Source of the DNA: the human T2T-CHM13v2.0 reference genome, Homo sapiens | Assembly (NCBI RefSeq): GCF_009914755.1 | Contig: NC_060931.1 | Length of the DNA: 64,000 nt | Reading direction: 5' to 3' (one strand) | Shown here: positions 1-14,330 of the stretch, piece by piece | Numbering within the stretch: the stretch's first letter is position 1 | Layout: each line of letters begins with the position of its first letter | The notes under the pieces: model-generated | What the model saw: only the letters and a program-made list of their open reading frames with translations | What the model was told of the DNA's origin: nothing | The model's database searches: none | Translations under genes and position numbers: made by a program

Positions 1-258
1 TTAGACCTGGTTATTCAAAAGAGCCTGACACCTCCTCCCTCTGTCTCTTGCTTCCTCTCTGTCCATGTGATCTCTGTACACACTAGCTCCCTTTCACTTT
101 CTTTCATAAGTGGAAACACCCTGAGGCCCTCACCAAAAGCAGATGCTGGTGTCAGGCTTCTTGAACAGCCTGCAGAACCATGAGCTAAATATGCCTCTTT
201 TCTTCATAAATTGCCCAGCCTCAGCTATTCTTTTATAACAATGCAAAGTTGACTAAGA
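1..258 (+). mobile_element. MaLR LTR (MST family), 3' portion cut by window edge
   Basis: ctgaggccctcacc...agcagatgctgg...cagcctgcagaaccatgagctaaat...cccagcctcag...gactaaga matches the MST LTR 3' end. Confidence 0.85.
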
Positions 259-264
259 AAAGGT

Positions 265-1044
265 GGAATTTCCAACTTATTTTATGAGGCCAGTATTAAC
301 ATACTAATAAACTCAGATACCACAAGGAAAGAAAACTACATCAATATCATGTATGAACGTAGGTTTAGATACCTTTAACAAAATTTTAGCAGAGTCTAGA
401 AACAAAAAAATTTTGCACCATGACCAAGAGAGATTTATCCAGCAATGCAAAGTTGGTTTAACACTAGAGAAGGTAATGCATCATATTCTTAAAGGATACA
501 TCTCACATGATCATCACAATGGATGAGAAAAAAGCATTTGACAAAATATAACCCTTTTTTGATAAAAACTCTCAATAAAGTTGAAATAGAAGATAACTTT
601 CTCAACTGATTAGAGTATCTACAAATACACACAGGTAACATACTTGATGGTGAAATATTGAATGTTTTCCACTTAATATGGGGAATAAGGCAAAAATGTC
701 TGCTCATTTCTTATAAACATCATCTAGAAGGTTCTAGCCAATGCAAAAATACAATAATTAAAAATGAAAGGCAAACATACTGGAAAGGGGAGATGAAATT
801 GTCTTTATTTGCAGGCTATATAACTGTGTTTACAGAAAAACCTAAGGAATTTATGGAAACTACTATCAGAACCAATAAGCAAGTTTAGCGAAGGTACAAA
901 ATTAATTGTTGTCCTGAAATATAACCAATAAATATTTCAAAAACAAAACTAAATAAAAATTCCATTATAAAATCATCCCAAAAGATATATATTTATAAAT
1001 TTAACAAAAGGTATAATATTTTATCCTGAAAACTATAAAATATT
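265..1044 (+). mobile_element. Ancient L1M ORF2 remnant
   Basis: ttttatgaggccagtatta, gaaaaagcatttgacaaaat, ttgtctttatttgcagg: decayed L1 RT-region motifs; resumes at 2404. Confidence 0.8.
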
Positions 1045-2403
1045 TTTATTATGGTAAAAAACATAAAATTTATTATCTTAACTATTATGTACATTGCCAT
1101 AGTGTTAACTATATGTACACTGTTGTATAACAAATATCTAAATCTTTTTCACCTTACAAAACTAAAACTCTATACCCATTGAACAACTCCCCCTTTCCAT
1201 TATCTCTTGCCTCTGTCAACCATCATGCTACTTTCTTTTTGTAAGAGTTTGCCTCTGTTAGATTCCTCATGTAAGTGGAATCATGTATTATTTGTGCTTT
1301 TGCTACTGGTTTCAAGATTCATCTATGTTGTAACATATTTCAGGATCTCTCTTTTTTTTTTTTTAAAAAAAAGGCTAGAGACTATTCTATTGCAAGTATA
1401 TACCAAATTTCTTTATCCACCATCATGTCCATGGGCATTTATGTTGCTTCCATGTCTTGGCTATTGTGAATAATGGGGCAACAAATATAAGTGTGTTCAA
1501 GATCTTGTTTTTCAGTTCTTTTGGATATATACCCACTAGAGGTATTGCTGGATCATATGGTAGCTGGAGTATTTTTTAATATATGGTTTATATTACCACT
1601 TATCTGATATATGGTTTGCAAATATTTTCTCAATTCTATAGGTTGACTTTTCACTCTGTTGATTGTTTTCTTCACTGTGTAGAGATATTTAAGTTTGATA
1701 TAGTCCAACTTGTCTATTTTTGCTTTTGTTGCCTGTGCTTTTGATATCATATCTAAGAAATTTTTGACATCAGTTTAGTAAATAAAATTATTTGGAATTA
1801 TTTGTCAGGTAATTCATAAATACCCGTTTCTTTACGGTAGGTTTCTGGAGATTTAATTGGCTTTTTTCATGGGACCATGTCTCCCTGTTTCATTGTATGT
1901 TTTCTTATTTTTTCGGAGATTTTTGCATTTGAAGAAACAATCACTTCTACTAGTTTTTAAGGACTGGATTTGCACAGATAATGGCCTTTGCCAGTCAACT
2001 CTGCTAGAGATTTTGGGGGCTTCTCAAATATTTTATGGGGATTCACTTTTTCTGGACTGGGGTTTGTAATTTCCCAATTAAAAGAGGTGTTTATCAGTTT
2101 CTTTTTCAGGAGCTCTTACTCTCTCTCTCTCATGTCTATTTGTGGTAATGCATGTTCTCAGGTTCAGTAACAAACTCATGAGCTCTCCTTCATTTTTAAC
2201 AGCTTGTCGACATTTAAAGTAGGCCAGCTCCCCACCAGCATTTCATTTCAATGCCACTGTTCTTGGCTTTGTGCTCGCCTGGTGTACTCTGACTTCTTAA
2301 CTGGCTTCTAGAGTTCTCATAAAGACTTTCTGAAAATATATCATTGTGAAATCATTGTCTCCATGGGGAAATGAGGTCTGGAGTTTTCTTTTCTACTACC
2401 TCA
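1045..2403 (-). mobile_element. L1MA/L1MB-type element, internally deleted, inserted in the older L1
   Basis: L1 3'UTR antisense at 1045-1550, ORF2 antisense (ORF 1553-1750 'TKAKIDKLDYIKLK'), probable 5' region 1780-2400; flanked by ctgaaaactataaaatatt (1026-1044) / ctgaaaactacaaatatt (2404-2421). Confidence 0.7.
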
Positions 2404-3127
2404 CTGAAAACTACAAATATTGCTGAAAACAAAGATCTAAATAGTCAGTTATACTATATTTATAGATTCAAAGACCTAATATTATGATAATATTCTCAAA
2501 GTAATCTATAAATCCCTATGATATCTCTATGTTCTCTATACAAATATAGAGGGTGTTCTTTTTCTTTTTTTATTTGTGGAAATGAATATTCTGATCCTAA
2601 AATCTATGTGAAATGTAAACGTCCTAAAATATTCATAGGTATTTTGAAAAAGTATAACAAAGTTGGAAGACATTATAACATATTCCAGGATGTTCTAAAA
2701 AATTAGAGTAATTGGAAGTTTGTGATTGACATGAGAATACATATACAGATCAATGGAAGATAGATCAGTGGAAGATAATTGAATGCTCCGAAGTTAACCC
2801 TCACATGTGAAGCCAATTTAGTTTTTAAAAGAATAAACTGAATTACCAATTAAATGGGCAAAACTATCTTTTCAATAATTGGTGTCGGTACCATTGGATA
2901 TTCATATCCAAAAAGAAAGAAAGAAGAATGAATGAAAGAACAAAAAAAAAAAAAGAAAGGAAGGAAAAACGGCAGGAAGGCACCAAAACCAAACAAAACA
3001 AAGAAGAATTTTTTTTTTACAGACTGAGCCCCTTGTCTTATACTATACACTAAAATTAGCTAAAATGTGCCATAGACCTAAATATAAGAGCTAACAGTAA
3101 AACATTTCTAGAAAAATTACATGGGAT

Positions 3128-3128
<1 letters not shown>

Positions 3129-3170
<42 letters not shown>
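3129..3170. repeat. (TATC)n tetranucleotide microsatellite
   Basis: about 10 perfect TATC units. Confidence 0.95.
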
Positions 3171-3175
3171 CACAA

Positions 3176-3319
3176 TAAGGTATATATAATATATAGATAT
3201 AATGTATATTGATATAATATATAATATATATTGTTATATAATATATATTGATATAATATATAATATATAAAATCTATATTATATATAATGTATAATATAT
3301 ATTTTATATATATACCTTA
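3176..3319. repeat. TA-rich low-complexity tract bounded by a 13-bp inverted repeat
   Basis: taaggtatatata (3176-3188) and tatatatacctta (3307-3319). Confidence 0.9.
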
Positions 3320-3405
3320 GTTTAGGTATTGATCTCTTAGATCTCATACTGAATGCATGCTTTAAAAAGAAAATGATACATCAAGAAAATAAAATGACAA
3401 TTCAG

Positions 3406-3730
3406 GGCTGAGTGTTGTGGCTCATTTCTGTAATCCCAGCACTGCAGTAGGTCAAGGTGGAAGGATTGTTTGAAGCTAGGAGTTTGAGACTGGGCTGGGT
3501 AACATAGTGAGATTTGACCTTAACATATATAGAAATAAAAAATAAAATTCTGGGTGCAGTGGCATGTGCCTGTAGTCCCAGCTACTCAGGAGGCTGAAGT
3601 GAGAGGATTGCTTGAGCCCAGGAGTTTGAGGTTGCAGTGCGCTATAATTGTGTTACCGCACTCCAGCCTAAGTGACAGAGCAAGACCCTGTCTCTATTTT
3701 TAAATAAATGATATAAAATAAAATAAAATA
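3406..3730 (+). mobile_element. AluJ
   Basis: Dimeric Alu with J diagnostics (aggattgcttgagcccaggagtttgagg, gaccctgtctc); TSD-like aaaataaaatgacaattca / aaaataaaatgtcaatcca. Confidence 0.93.
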
Positions 3731-4644
3731 AAATGTCAATCCATACTGGGAAAATGTTTGCAAATGATATATCTGGTAAGGGATTGTATTGAAAATGTGT
3801 AGAGACCTCTCACTCTTCAAAAAAAAAAGACATCCCAATAATAATGGCTAAATATATTTACTATTGTTCACCAAATAATAGATATAATGGCTAATGAGCA
3901 CAATAAAGACTCTAAAAATCATTATTTATTAGAAAAAATGCAAATTGAAAGCACAATATGATATTACTACATACTCACTAAAAATGGCTATGACTAGGAG
4001 ACTTACATTGCCAGGTGTTAGTTTGTGCCAAATTTTCATAGCGACACCATATGTAATAACCAATAATTGCTAGCAATCAAGGTGCCTATTAACTGATGAG
4101 TAGATAAGTAAAATCTGGCATATTCATACAATGGAATATTACTCAGTAACAAAAAGAAACAACCTACATGCAGTAACACAAATGAACCTCACATATATTA
4201 TACGATGTGAAAGCAGACAGACACAAAAAGGTACATATTGCATGATTTAATTTAGGTAAAAATCCTATTAAATGCAAAACCGTATAGAGTAAAAGCAGTT
4301 TTATGGTATCTGATTCTGCCTGAGGGAAGAGATGGCAAACAGACGTGAGGAAAGGTTTTAGTATGAGGAAAGTACTCTTAAATTGGACCGTGGTGATTTT
4401 GTGCAACTCTATAAATTTACTAAAATTTATGAAACACTACACTTAAAGTGAGTGAACTTTTGGTATATAAATTATGCCCCAATAAAGTTATCTAAAAAGA
4501 TAATATAAGGGTTAGTAAGTTTCAAGAGATATTCACAGAGAGAGAATGTAGAAGATGTGATATATGTACAACAGGTTTCCTCAAAGATGAAAACCAAAGC
4601 AGTGGAGCAGAATAATTACTGAAGTTCAAAACTCAAGAATCTTT

Positions 4645-4725
4645 CTTACATACATACATACGTACATATATATACACACACACACATATATAATACACAC
4701 ACACCACACATACACACACACACAA
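4645..4725. repeat. Compound (TACA)/(TA)/(CA) microsatellite
   Basis: direct reading. Confidence 0.85.
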
Positions 4726-5304
4726 ATGTATTTGTGTAATCTCACATATTTAAATCTCACAATGCATACCTAGGATAATTTACTAAGAATAACCACTACC
4801 AAGACATATTTTGTGAATCCAGATATCATTATTTGAAATAAGATCAACAAAACCGACCAAATATTATCTAACCTAATCAAGGGAAAAAGGAAAAAACCCA
4901 CAAACATTAACAATAATGAGGAAAACAATTATATGATGAATAATTACTTACATTATAAGATAAAGAATATATTTACATATAGTTTAAAACCTAGAAAAAA
5001 ATAATTTTTAAAAGAAATACACAACTAACTAAATTGACCTAAGTAGAGAGAAAATCTAAACAGGTGAATCATAATACAGGAAACCAAAAAAACTGTTAAA
5101 GAGCTCCCCCTACTTCCCCACCCCAATAAACAATAAATCACCAGACCCAGTATTTCTGTTGGTTATCCCACCAATTATTTATCAGATACTTTCCATTCTA
5201 CTTAAATGATTCTACAGCATAGAAAGGAAGAAAAATTCCAACTTTATTTTCTCCATTAAACAAAACTTAATGTTTTTGTAGAATACATTTAAATTTTCAA
5301 AAAT

Positions 5305-5660
5305 TTGTGTCTTTAGCAACTTTATTGAAGTATAATTTTCATACCATAAAATTCATCTTCCTTTTAAATGTAAAATATAACAATTTTTTGTAAGTTGCTA
5401 AGTTGTGTTCTTGTCACTACAGTCAAGTTTGAGAACATTACCATCACTCTAATTTGATCTCTCCTGCCCATTTATAGCTAATCCTCATACTCACTGCTAG
5501 CCCTAGGCAACTACTAATTTACTTTCCAGCTCTAGAGATTTGCCTTTTTAATACATTTCATATAAATTAATTCATACAATTTGTGGTCTTTTGTGTCTTC
5601 TTTTATTTTGCATACTGTTTTTCAAGTTCATCCATGTTGTAGCATATATCAATATTTATT
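5305..5660 (-). mobile_element. L1MB/ME 3' end
   Basis: caactttattgaagtataattt...ccctaggcaactactaatttacttt...ttcatccatgttgtagcat. Confidence 0.75.
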
Positions 5661-5779
5661 TCAAAATACCTTTGAAAAGGAAGTGTAATAATGATTTCAA
5701 AATCTAGAATGATGAAAATAAATCAAAAAATAAAACTACAGATAAACCTCATTCATAAATATTAAAGTAAAAATTATTA

Positions 5780-6430
<651 letters not shown>

Positions 6431-6865
6431 TCTTTAGTGAAACATTTGCAAACAGAATATAATCTTATTTATTGAACTAAGGAGCAAATTCATTTCGTTA
6501 TCACCCTAGATACAGAGAAACACTTGAAAAAAAATCTAACATCATTTATTGAAAATACTAAATGAAATAGGAACTGATGGATACTTTCTTTGTAACATAC
6601 ATATGCTTTAAACTAAAATCTAGCTCCTTAGTGTGAGGCCACTAGAGGGTTTTCAAGTAAATCCAGGAACAAAACAAGGATGCTCATTACACCCATTTTA
6701 ATATATTATTGTTTTGGAGGATATTAGCCAAAACACTCTCAGAATTATACCAATTGAAAATGATATATTTTCAGGTGACATGATTATATATCTGCAAAAC
6801 CTAAAGCAGGCAAAAGGAAAACCACTGAGAATTGACAAATTAGAAAATTTTAATAAATTTGCAGG

Positions 6866-7359
6866 TGTATTAGTGTCTTTTGCTGTTGTAACAGATTACC
6901 AAAGCAGCTGACAACAATAGAAATGTACTATCTTACAGATCTAGATCTCACTGGGTTGAAATCAAGATATTGGCAGTACTGTGTACCTTTTGGAGGCTCT
7001 CAGGGAAAATCCACTTTCATGCCATTTTCAGCTTCTAGGAGTCACCCTCATTCATTTTCTTGTGGCCCCTTCTATCTTCAAAGTCTAAAATAGCTAATTA
7101 GTTTTTTTTTTTTTTTTGACATCACACCACTCTAACACTGACTCTTCTGCCTCTCACTTCCATTTTAAGAACTCTCGTAATTACATTGGTCCCACCTGTA
7201 TAACCAGGATAATAGCCTTATGTTAAGGCCAGCTGATTAGCAACCTTAATTTTATCTGCAACTTTAATTTCCTTTTGCTATTTAATCTAATATATTTGCA
7301 GGTTCTGAGGATTAGGATGCAGACATCTGTAAGGAGGGCCCTTATTCTGCGTAACCCCT
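6866..7359 (-). mobile_element. MaLR solo LTR (MLT1D/E-like)
   Basis: tgtattagt...gattagcaaccttaatt...ggattaggatgcagacatct; 5-bp TSD gcagg (6861-6865, 7360-7364). Confidence 0.85.
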
Positions 7360-7413
7360 GCAGGTTATAAAATTAACATACCAAAAATCAATAATTTTCA
7401 TACCTAAAAGTCA

Positions 7414-7482
7414 AAAGAAAGAAAGAAGAAGAAGAACAGGAAGAGGAAGAGGAAGAAGGAGAAGGAGAGGAAGAAGAAGAAA
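7414..7482. repeat. (GAA/GAGGAA)n purine tract
   Basis: direct reading. Confidence 0.85.
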
Positions 7483-8516
7483 TAATTCAAGAAAAGTCCT
7501 CATCTATCATAGTCAAGAGGAAAAAATACAGCGACATGGACATAAATTTAACAAGAAATGTACAAAATATTTACAAGAAAACTAGAAAACACTCCTAAAG
7601 ACACAAAACTAGACTGGGAATAAATGGAGAAATTTGTCATATATGTTGATGGGAATATTTAATGTAAAGGTGGTGACTCTGCTTAAGTTAATTTATACAT
7701 TTAATGTAACCCCAATAAAAAATACCATTATGTTTCTCTCAGGAGCTAGAGAATGTAAGTATATGATGCAATTTCATGAATCTGCAAGGGTAGTCTTGAA
7801 AACTACCTTGCTGCAGTTTTCAAGTCTTGGTAAATGAAGAGCAACAAAAACATAGTGTAACATCTCTGTAATTAAAACAGCATGACATTGACTCAGACAT
7901 AGATGGAATGTATTAGTTAATTACTATGGTGTAACAAATTATCTCAATATTTATCAGCTCAAAAAGCAAATGTTTATTATCTAACTTACTTTGTGAACAT
8001 ATAAATCTTGACCAAATAAGTAATCAGAAAATAAGTGGATTACTTGTATCATCACTCATCCCCCTTGCTTGTTGCTTATATGTTTTGGAAATTACAGGGA
8101 CAATAATATTAACGGAAGGAAAAAGACAACAAAATATTATCTCTCTTTCCTACTTTTAAGAGTTGCATGTTATTTTATATACTCATGTACTTATTTCTTT
8201 TAAATTCCCCTACTACAAACCTTTAGATTACTTGCAATTTTATGACTATTTCCCCTTTTATGGATATTTAGATTGTTTGTAATTTTCTGAACCAAAATTA
8301 TAATTACCATCCATATACCCATGTGCATGAGTAAGAACATTTCTCTAGAATATATTCCCAATTGTTGATCTGTTGAATAAAGAATATTCCAAATTAAAAT
8401 ATTGATAGATCTTGACATTGCCTTCTAAAATGTTGAGAATCAATTTCCTTTCCTCCAGCCATATGGGTGAATTCTTATGTCCCCGAATCCTCATTATTGG
8501 CATTCCTTTTAATTTG

Positions 8517-8808
8517 TTTTTTTTTTGAAACAGAGTGTCACTCTGTCACCCAGCCTGGGGTGCAGAGGTGTGATCTTGATCTCGGCTAAGTGCTACCTCC
8601 TCCTCCCAGGTCTAAGTGATTCTGCTGCCTCAGCCTCCCGCGTAGCTGGGATTACAGGTGCCCACCACCACAACTGGATAATTTTTGTATTTTTAGTAGA
8701 GACAAGGTTTCACCATGTTGCCCAGGATGGTCTTGAATTCCCCAGTGATCTGCCTGCCTGGGCCTCCCAAAGTATTGGTATTACAGGCAAGAGCCACCGA
8801 GCCCTGCC
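8517..8808 (-). mobile_element. AluS
   Basis: Antisense dimer; TSD aatttg (8511-8516, 8809-8814). Confidence 0.92.
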
Positions 8809-8958
8809 AATTTGCATTTCTCTAATTATTCAGAATCCTCTTGTAGAAATATTGGTTATAGGTATTTATCTCTCTGTATTTGCTTTCCAATCCATATACT
8901 TTGTCTAGTTTTGTACTAGATTGTTTGCCTTTCTCTTATTGATTTGTAGGGGCTTTTT

Positions 8959-9075
8959 GTCTATCTATCATCTATCTATATCAATCTATCTATCATCTGT
9001 CTATCACCTATCTGTCTATCGATTATCTATCTATGTATCATCTGTTGAGGGAGGGAGAGAGAGAGAGAGAGAGAC
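8959..9075. repeat. Degenerate (TCTA)n plus (GA)n
   Basis: direct reading. Confidence 0.85.
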
Positions 9076-9189
9076 TATAAATATTTTTCTTTCATTCTGT
9101 CCCTGTATGTAGTATTGTCATTATGCTTTTATTTTTTTAGTAAAATTCTTATCCAAGTAATTTTTATTATTCTCAAGCTTTCTTTTTTA

Positions 9190-9960
9190 AAAAAATTAAT
9201 CTTGAAATACTTTTAGATTTACAGAAAAGTTGCACATGGTACAGAGAGTTTCTATATATTCTTTTACTTAGCTTCCCCTGATGTTGGCATCTTACATAAT
9301 TATCGTGAGTTTGTTAAAACTAAGAAATTAACATTAGTGCAACACCATTAACTAAATTACAGACTTTAATCAGATTTCACCAGTTTTCCCATTAACGTCC
9401 TTTTTCTGTTCCAAAATCTCATCTGGGACACCACATTGCATTTATTCACCATGTTTTCTTTGTTTCTGCAAATATGTGACAATTTTTCAGTCTTCCCTTG
9501 TTTTTCATGACTTTGACATTTTGAAGAGTTCTTGTTGGGCATCTTTAGAATGTTTCTCAATTGTAATTTGTCTGATATTTTCTCATGATTAGACTGGAGT
9601 TATGGATTTTGGGGAAGAACACTACAGAAGTGAATTGCCCTGTTCATCATATTATATCAGAGGGTACACAATATCAACATGACTTATCACCGGTGGTGAC
9701 AGTAATCTTGATTACTTGCTTGAGGGGATGTCTGATGAATTTCTCCTGAGTAAAGTCCTTTTCCCTTCCTATTTTTTATTGTTAAAAGCAAATTAGTAAA
9801 TCCAGTCCATATTTAAGATGAAGGAAATTAAGCTCCACCTCCTGGAGCAGGGGAGAGAATTTACATTTAATATTGGAAATTTTTCTGTAAAAAATTTTGT
9901 TTTTTTTCCTTGTATTATTCATCTGATTATTTATTTATGTAACTGTGGCTTCATAAATAT
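9190..9960 (-). mobile_element. L1MC4/5-type 3' end
   Basis: ttttagatttacagaaaagttgc...cagatttcaccagttttccc...ttctcatgattagactggagttatgg. Confidence 0.75.
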
Positions 9961-10084
9961 CTTAGAAATTTACATATGTACATATAATTCACATATATAT
10001 ACACAAGTAATCTGTACATATTACACATAATGTAATACATATTATTTTGCCATGCAGAAGTGCATATACCTCTAGGTGGCACAA

Positions 10085-11360
10085 GGTATTATAAACACTG
10101 TAAAAAGCAAATGGATAAACCAGGGAAAACATTTGCAATATATGTCATGGCCAAAAGGTTACGATTTCCAAATACAAATTTTGTTTTTACAGAAACAGAA
10201 GAAAACAATGACAACTATATATAAAGTGGTCTAGTGAATGAATGGTTTACAAGAAATAGAAATACTACTTAAATATACAAAAGGCATTTAACTTTACACA
10301 AATTAAGAGAAGTGCAAATTAAAACTACACCAAGATGCCAATGTTTTTCATCTATTTATTGGCATGAATCCAAAAGTTTGATAATTTATGTTGGCAAGGT
10401 TAGAGTGAGAAGTAGGCATTTGCATATATTACCAGTGTGTCTTTGGAATCATTAATTCTTCTTCTAGAAATCTATCCCAAAGACGCACTGAAAAAAATAT
10501 AAAAATACATATGTATGAGTGATTCTTTATAATAGAAAGATAGGAATTACTCAAATATTTTTAATAGTAAATTTAATTATCCATCATAGCTTTATATAGT
10601 AGAATATTATGCAGCCATAGAAAGAATAAGGAATGTCTTTATATTCTACTAAGGAGTTATCTGTAAAATGTATTAAATGATTTTTCTCCAAGTAGCTTTT
10701 GTCATTTATTGTATTTTACAGATATGAAAATATTTAATATATTTTACAGATATGCAACTAATAGTATGCAACTATTATCCAAAAAATAGGGAGACAAATA
10801 TGAATGTATAAGTATCAAAAAAATGGATGCTATCAAATGTGGTCACCTAAAGTAAGAGGGAAATAATAAGGTGAGGGAGACAGTGTTAAATGATAGTCTT
10901 CTTTAAATGCACCTACTTTTGTTGATTTAATTTTGGAACTCTGTAAATATTTTACATTAGCAAAAAGTTTGATTTTAAAAAGTAATTTCTAAAAACTCAA
11001 AAGTAAGTGAAAATAAATGAACCTAAATTTATATTGAGTTGCTGGCAAAACCACACAAACAAAAACTGTAAGTGTCTTTAAAACAATAATTTGACGGTAC
11101 ATTTCTAGTGTGATATACAGAAATGCAACAAATTCTTAGGTTGTTTTCCATAGGCATATAATTGGTCATAGTGTTTCTATTGCCATTCTGAGATTGTTGT
11201 GTGCGTAAATTGTTTTAATTCTCTATTCCTCATTTCTTTGAGAGTGAGGCTTCTTAAATACCAGGAAATAGGCATATGAGATTAAAAAAATTAAGAAAAT
11301 TCATGAAGCGTTAACATTGAATTGGAAAATCAATATGAAGTCATGATATATTTTACCTTA
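10085..11360 (+). mobile_element. Ancient L1ME ORF2 end/3' UTR
   Basis: ggaaaacatttgcaata, gaagtgcaaattaaaactac, gaatattatgcagccatag. Confidence 0.6.
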
Positions 11361-13589
11361 AAAATAACAAAGCCAGACATTAAATTAAATCAAAATATAT
11401 TAAACTAAGGATTGTGCATTAAAGTAGGAATGGGTACATCACTGATGCTAGTGGCTTAAACACAGAAATCAAAAGACTTTATTAGACAAAACCTTTGGCT
11501 CTAGTTATTATCCAATGCACTTGATAGAAAGTAGATGGACTAAAAATCTTCTCAATATTAGAGAGAATGGTATTATTTAAGAAACCCCAAGACTGCATAG
11601 AAAGACTGTTCAATGTCTAAAACAATTCTCAGGCCACCAAAGTTACTCCAACAGGAAGTCACCTGCTACTGCTGTGCTATCCCCAAGAAGGATCTCCCCA
11701 CAACTATCTATGTTAGGTGAGGCCAAGGAATTCAGTGGGCCACCTTTCAGAGACAGAAATAAGGGCTGTGAATCTGGCCAATGGACTCATTCCTATGCCA
11801 GAGTGTGGAGATGTCATTAAACCTAAAAAGGGATGTAGGGATCATTTTAAGTAAAATTTACATCTCTAAATAGTCAATCTCCAACTCAATGCCTATGATT
11901 CTTGGTATAATAGCAATATAGAATAGACTACTATTCCTTGTAGAAGAAAGAATTATATACCCATGAAGTGAAACACAGTGAACATCAGAAAGCCCCAAGT
12001 TTGTCAGGAAATCAATCAGCAAAGCAATCATCAACCACATGTTAGAATTCAAACTGCAGGAATAAACAGGAAAAACTGAAGTGCAGAATGAGTAATTATG
12101 TAGAAAGCTTTGTTGTGGGCAGAATTATTTTAATATTTGAAGACTAAAGCATGAATTTGGGGAACCCAGCAATACAGGCCAAATTCCCATATACCAGCAG
12201 ATTCTTTATTTCACCGTGGCCTGAATTTAGCCTCAATAGAAATTATATTTAAAAATCCCTGTTTAGTCAAACATTTGAATGTTTATGTTTTAAATTTTTC
12301 ACTGTCTCAGGGATTACCTGAGGATTCCAAATAACTTATTTTGATGTGTTTAAAATGCAAACCAACATACACATTAATGTTGCTAATGAAATTTGGGAAT
12401 CCTGTGTTTGTGTATTTAAAGTTCCTCAGATCCTAAATCTTCAATTCGCAACTACCTCCTATCCAAATCTAGGTTATGTCTCTTGACATGAATCAATTAC
12501 CCTGAAACTCCCCTGATTACACAAAGCCTTGTTTACCTAACTGTTTTGCTGTCCCAGAACATTTCTGATAAACAGCATTATGTGGTCTGATGTGCACAAG
12601 TGCACCTTGAGTTACATGAATTATGAATCAGAATCATCTTCAGCACACCTGCCACCCTCACATTACCTGACTATGGTATGCAGTCAACGTTTATTGGAAA
12701 TGCAAATAATTGTAGTGTAAAAAATCTTGATTGTGCAGCTAGTCATTTATTTCGTATACATTCATTTACTCATGAATACGGGACAGATTTTATGAAGAGT
12801 TATATATTCTGTCAGTTGGAACAAGTATGACAATGGGATCCCTTAGCAAAGCCGTGTATTTGATGAACTATATGAAAAGACTTGACCTGCATTTGTCCAT
12901 CTCTCAGTCATGAAGGAGGGTTGGTTGTTTGCTTGTGGCAGTAATCCTGACATTGTCATTGATCTTATGGGAGAGCTGATGAGTAACAAAATGAAGTAAT
13001 TGAGTTGTCACTAGGAAAACTTTTGAATATCCCCACCCCATTGAAAAATATATAAGAATTTGAATTAATGAGAGAAAGAATCTGAGTAATCTATATGCCA
13101 GATCTTTACTTCAAAAAGCTACTACAGTCAATACAATCCTTGGAAGATACTGCTATTTTATTTTTTACAACACTAGAGATTTAAAATAAGGGATTCATAA
13201 TGGTCCAAGAAGATTTAACCAGATCTGGGAAGATTTAACCAGATTCCTCTTCAGCAGCTGAGAGTAGACTACAGAAATGTACAGTCTTTCCAGCAAATAT
13301 TATTTTCTAAAAGTCGTCTCCTCCTACAATTTAGGTAACCAAGGAAGTGAGTCCACTTAACTCATGATAGACAATGAGATATATTTCCTAATAATATATG
13401 ATCCATCCAATTCCTCAAACATGAAGGAGTCTTGTTTTTGAATATTAATGAATTTAAATGTATTAGAAAAACTAGCAAAATGTTTTATAATACGATAACA
13501 CTTCAAATCAAAAAATATATTTTTAATGAAACAATAGTTATTCATACATTCATAAATTTAGAAAACAAAATATTTACTGATTATTGTAG

Positions 13590-13957
13590 CAAGTATTTAT
13601 ATATATCTATAACATATATAAGCTAACTTCTTGAAATATTACATATATGATTGTGGTGGGCAGGCTAGGCAAGTCCAAAATCTGTAGGACAGGCTGTCAG
13701 GAAGAGCAGACTGAAACCTCTTGGATAGGAGCCGACATGGCAGTCTATGGGAAACTTCTGCAGTTCTACTGTTAAGGCCATTCAGCTGATTGGATCAGTG
13801 CCACCCAGATTATCCAGATAATCTCTTTTATGAAAAATCAACTGAGAATACATGTTAAGCACATCTACAAGAATACCTTCATAGTAACGTCTAGATTAGC
13901 ATGTATTGAATAACTGTATTATAGCCTAGCCAAGTTGACAAACAAAACTGATCATCA
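13590..13957 (-). mobile_element. ERVL LTR (MLT2 family)
   Basis: ggcaagtccaaaatctgtagg...cctagccaagttgacaaacaaaactgatcatca terminus. Confidence 0.8.
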
Positions 13958-14159
13958 GTATTGGATATATAAAAATGAATAAATATAGTCTGTGGTCTGA
14001 GGAGACTCAATTTTTATTAGAAGGAAAACATTTTTCCTTTGTACATTTAAGGGTTGGAACACACTTTAATATAAGAATTTCTAGAGTTTGCATCATTTAA
14101 ATGAAGCATAAGAGAAAAATGACGTGAAAAGTCCAGCTTGCCTATTCATGATGTAAGAA

Positions 14160-14330
14160 CCAGTGGAGATTAGAGAAAAACGCACTGAACAAAGACTTAA
14201 GAATACACAGTCCTACTTCCCTATGTGTCATTAACTCTCTGTATGATCTTGAGTATCCACTTAACCTCTGTGACCTTCAATTTATCTATTAAAACAAAAA
14301 CAGTTTAACAATCAAGAGTTTCCAACAGCA
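14160..14330 (+). mobile_element. MIR SINE
   Basis: core tgtatgatcttgagtatccacttaacctctgtgaccttcaattt. Confidence 0.7.

Larger units (their letters stand above)
2404..4500 (+). mobile_element. Ancient L1M ORF2 to 3' end (fragmented by microsatellites and AluJ)
   Basis: tagatcaatggaa, tttgcaaatgatatatctggtaaggga, tacaatggaatattactcag, ends aattatgccccaataaagtt. Confidence 0.75.
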
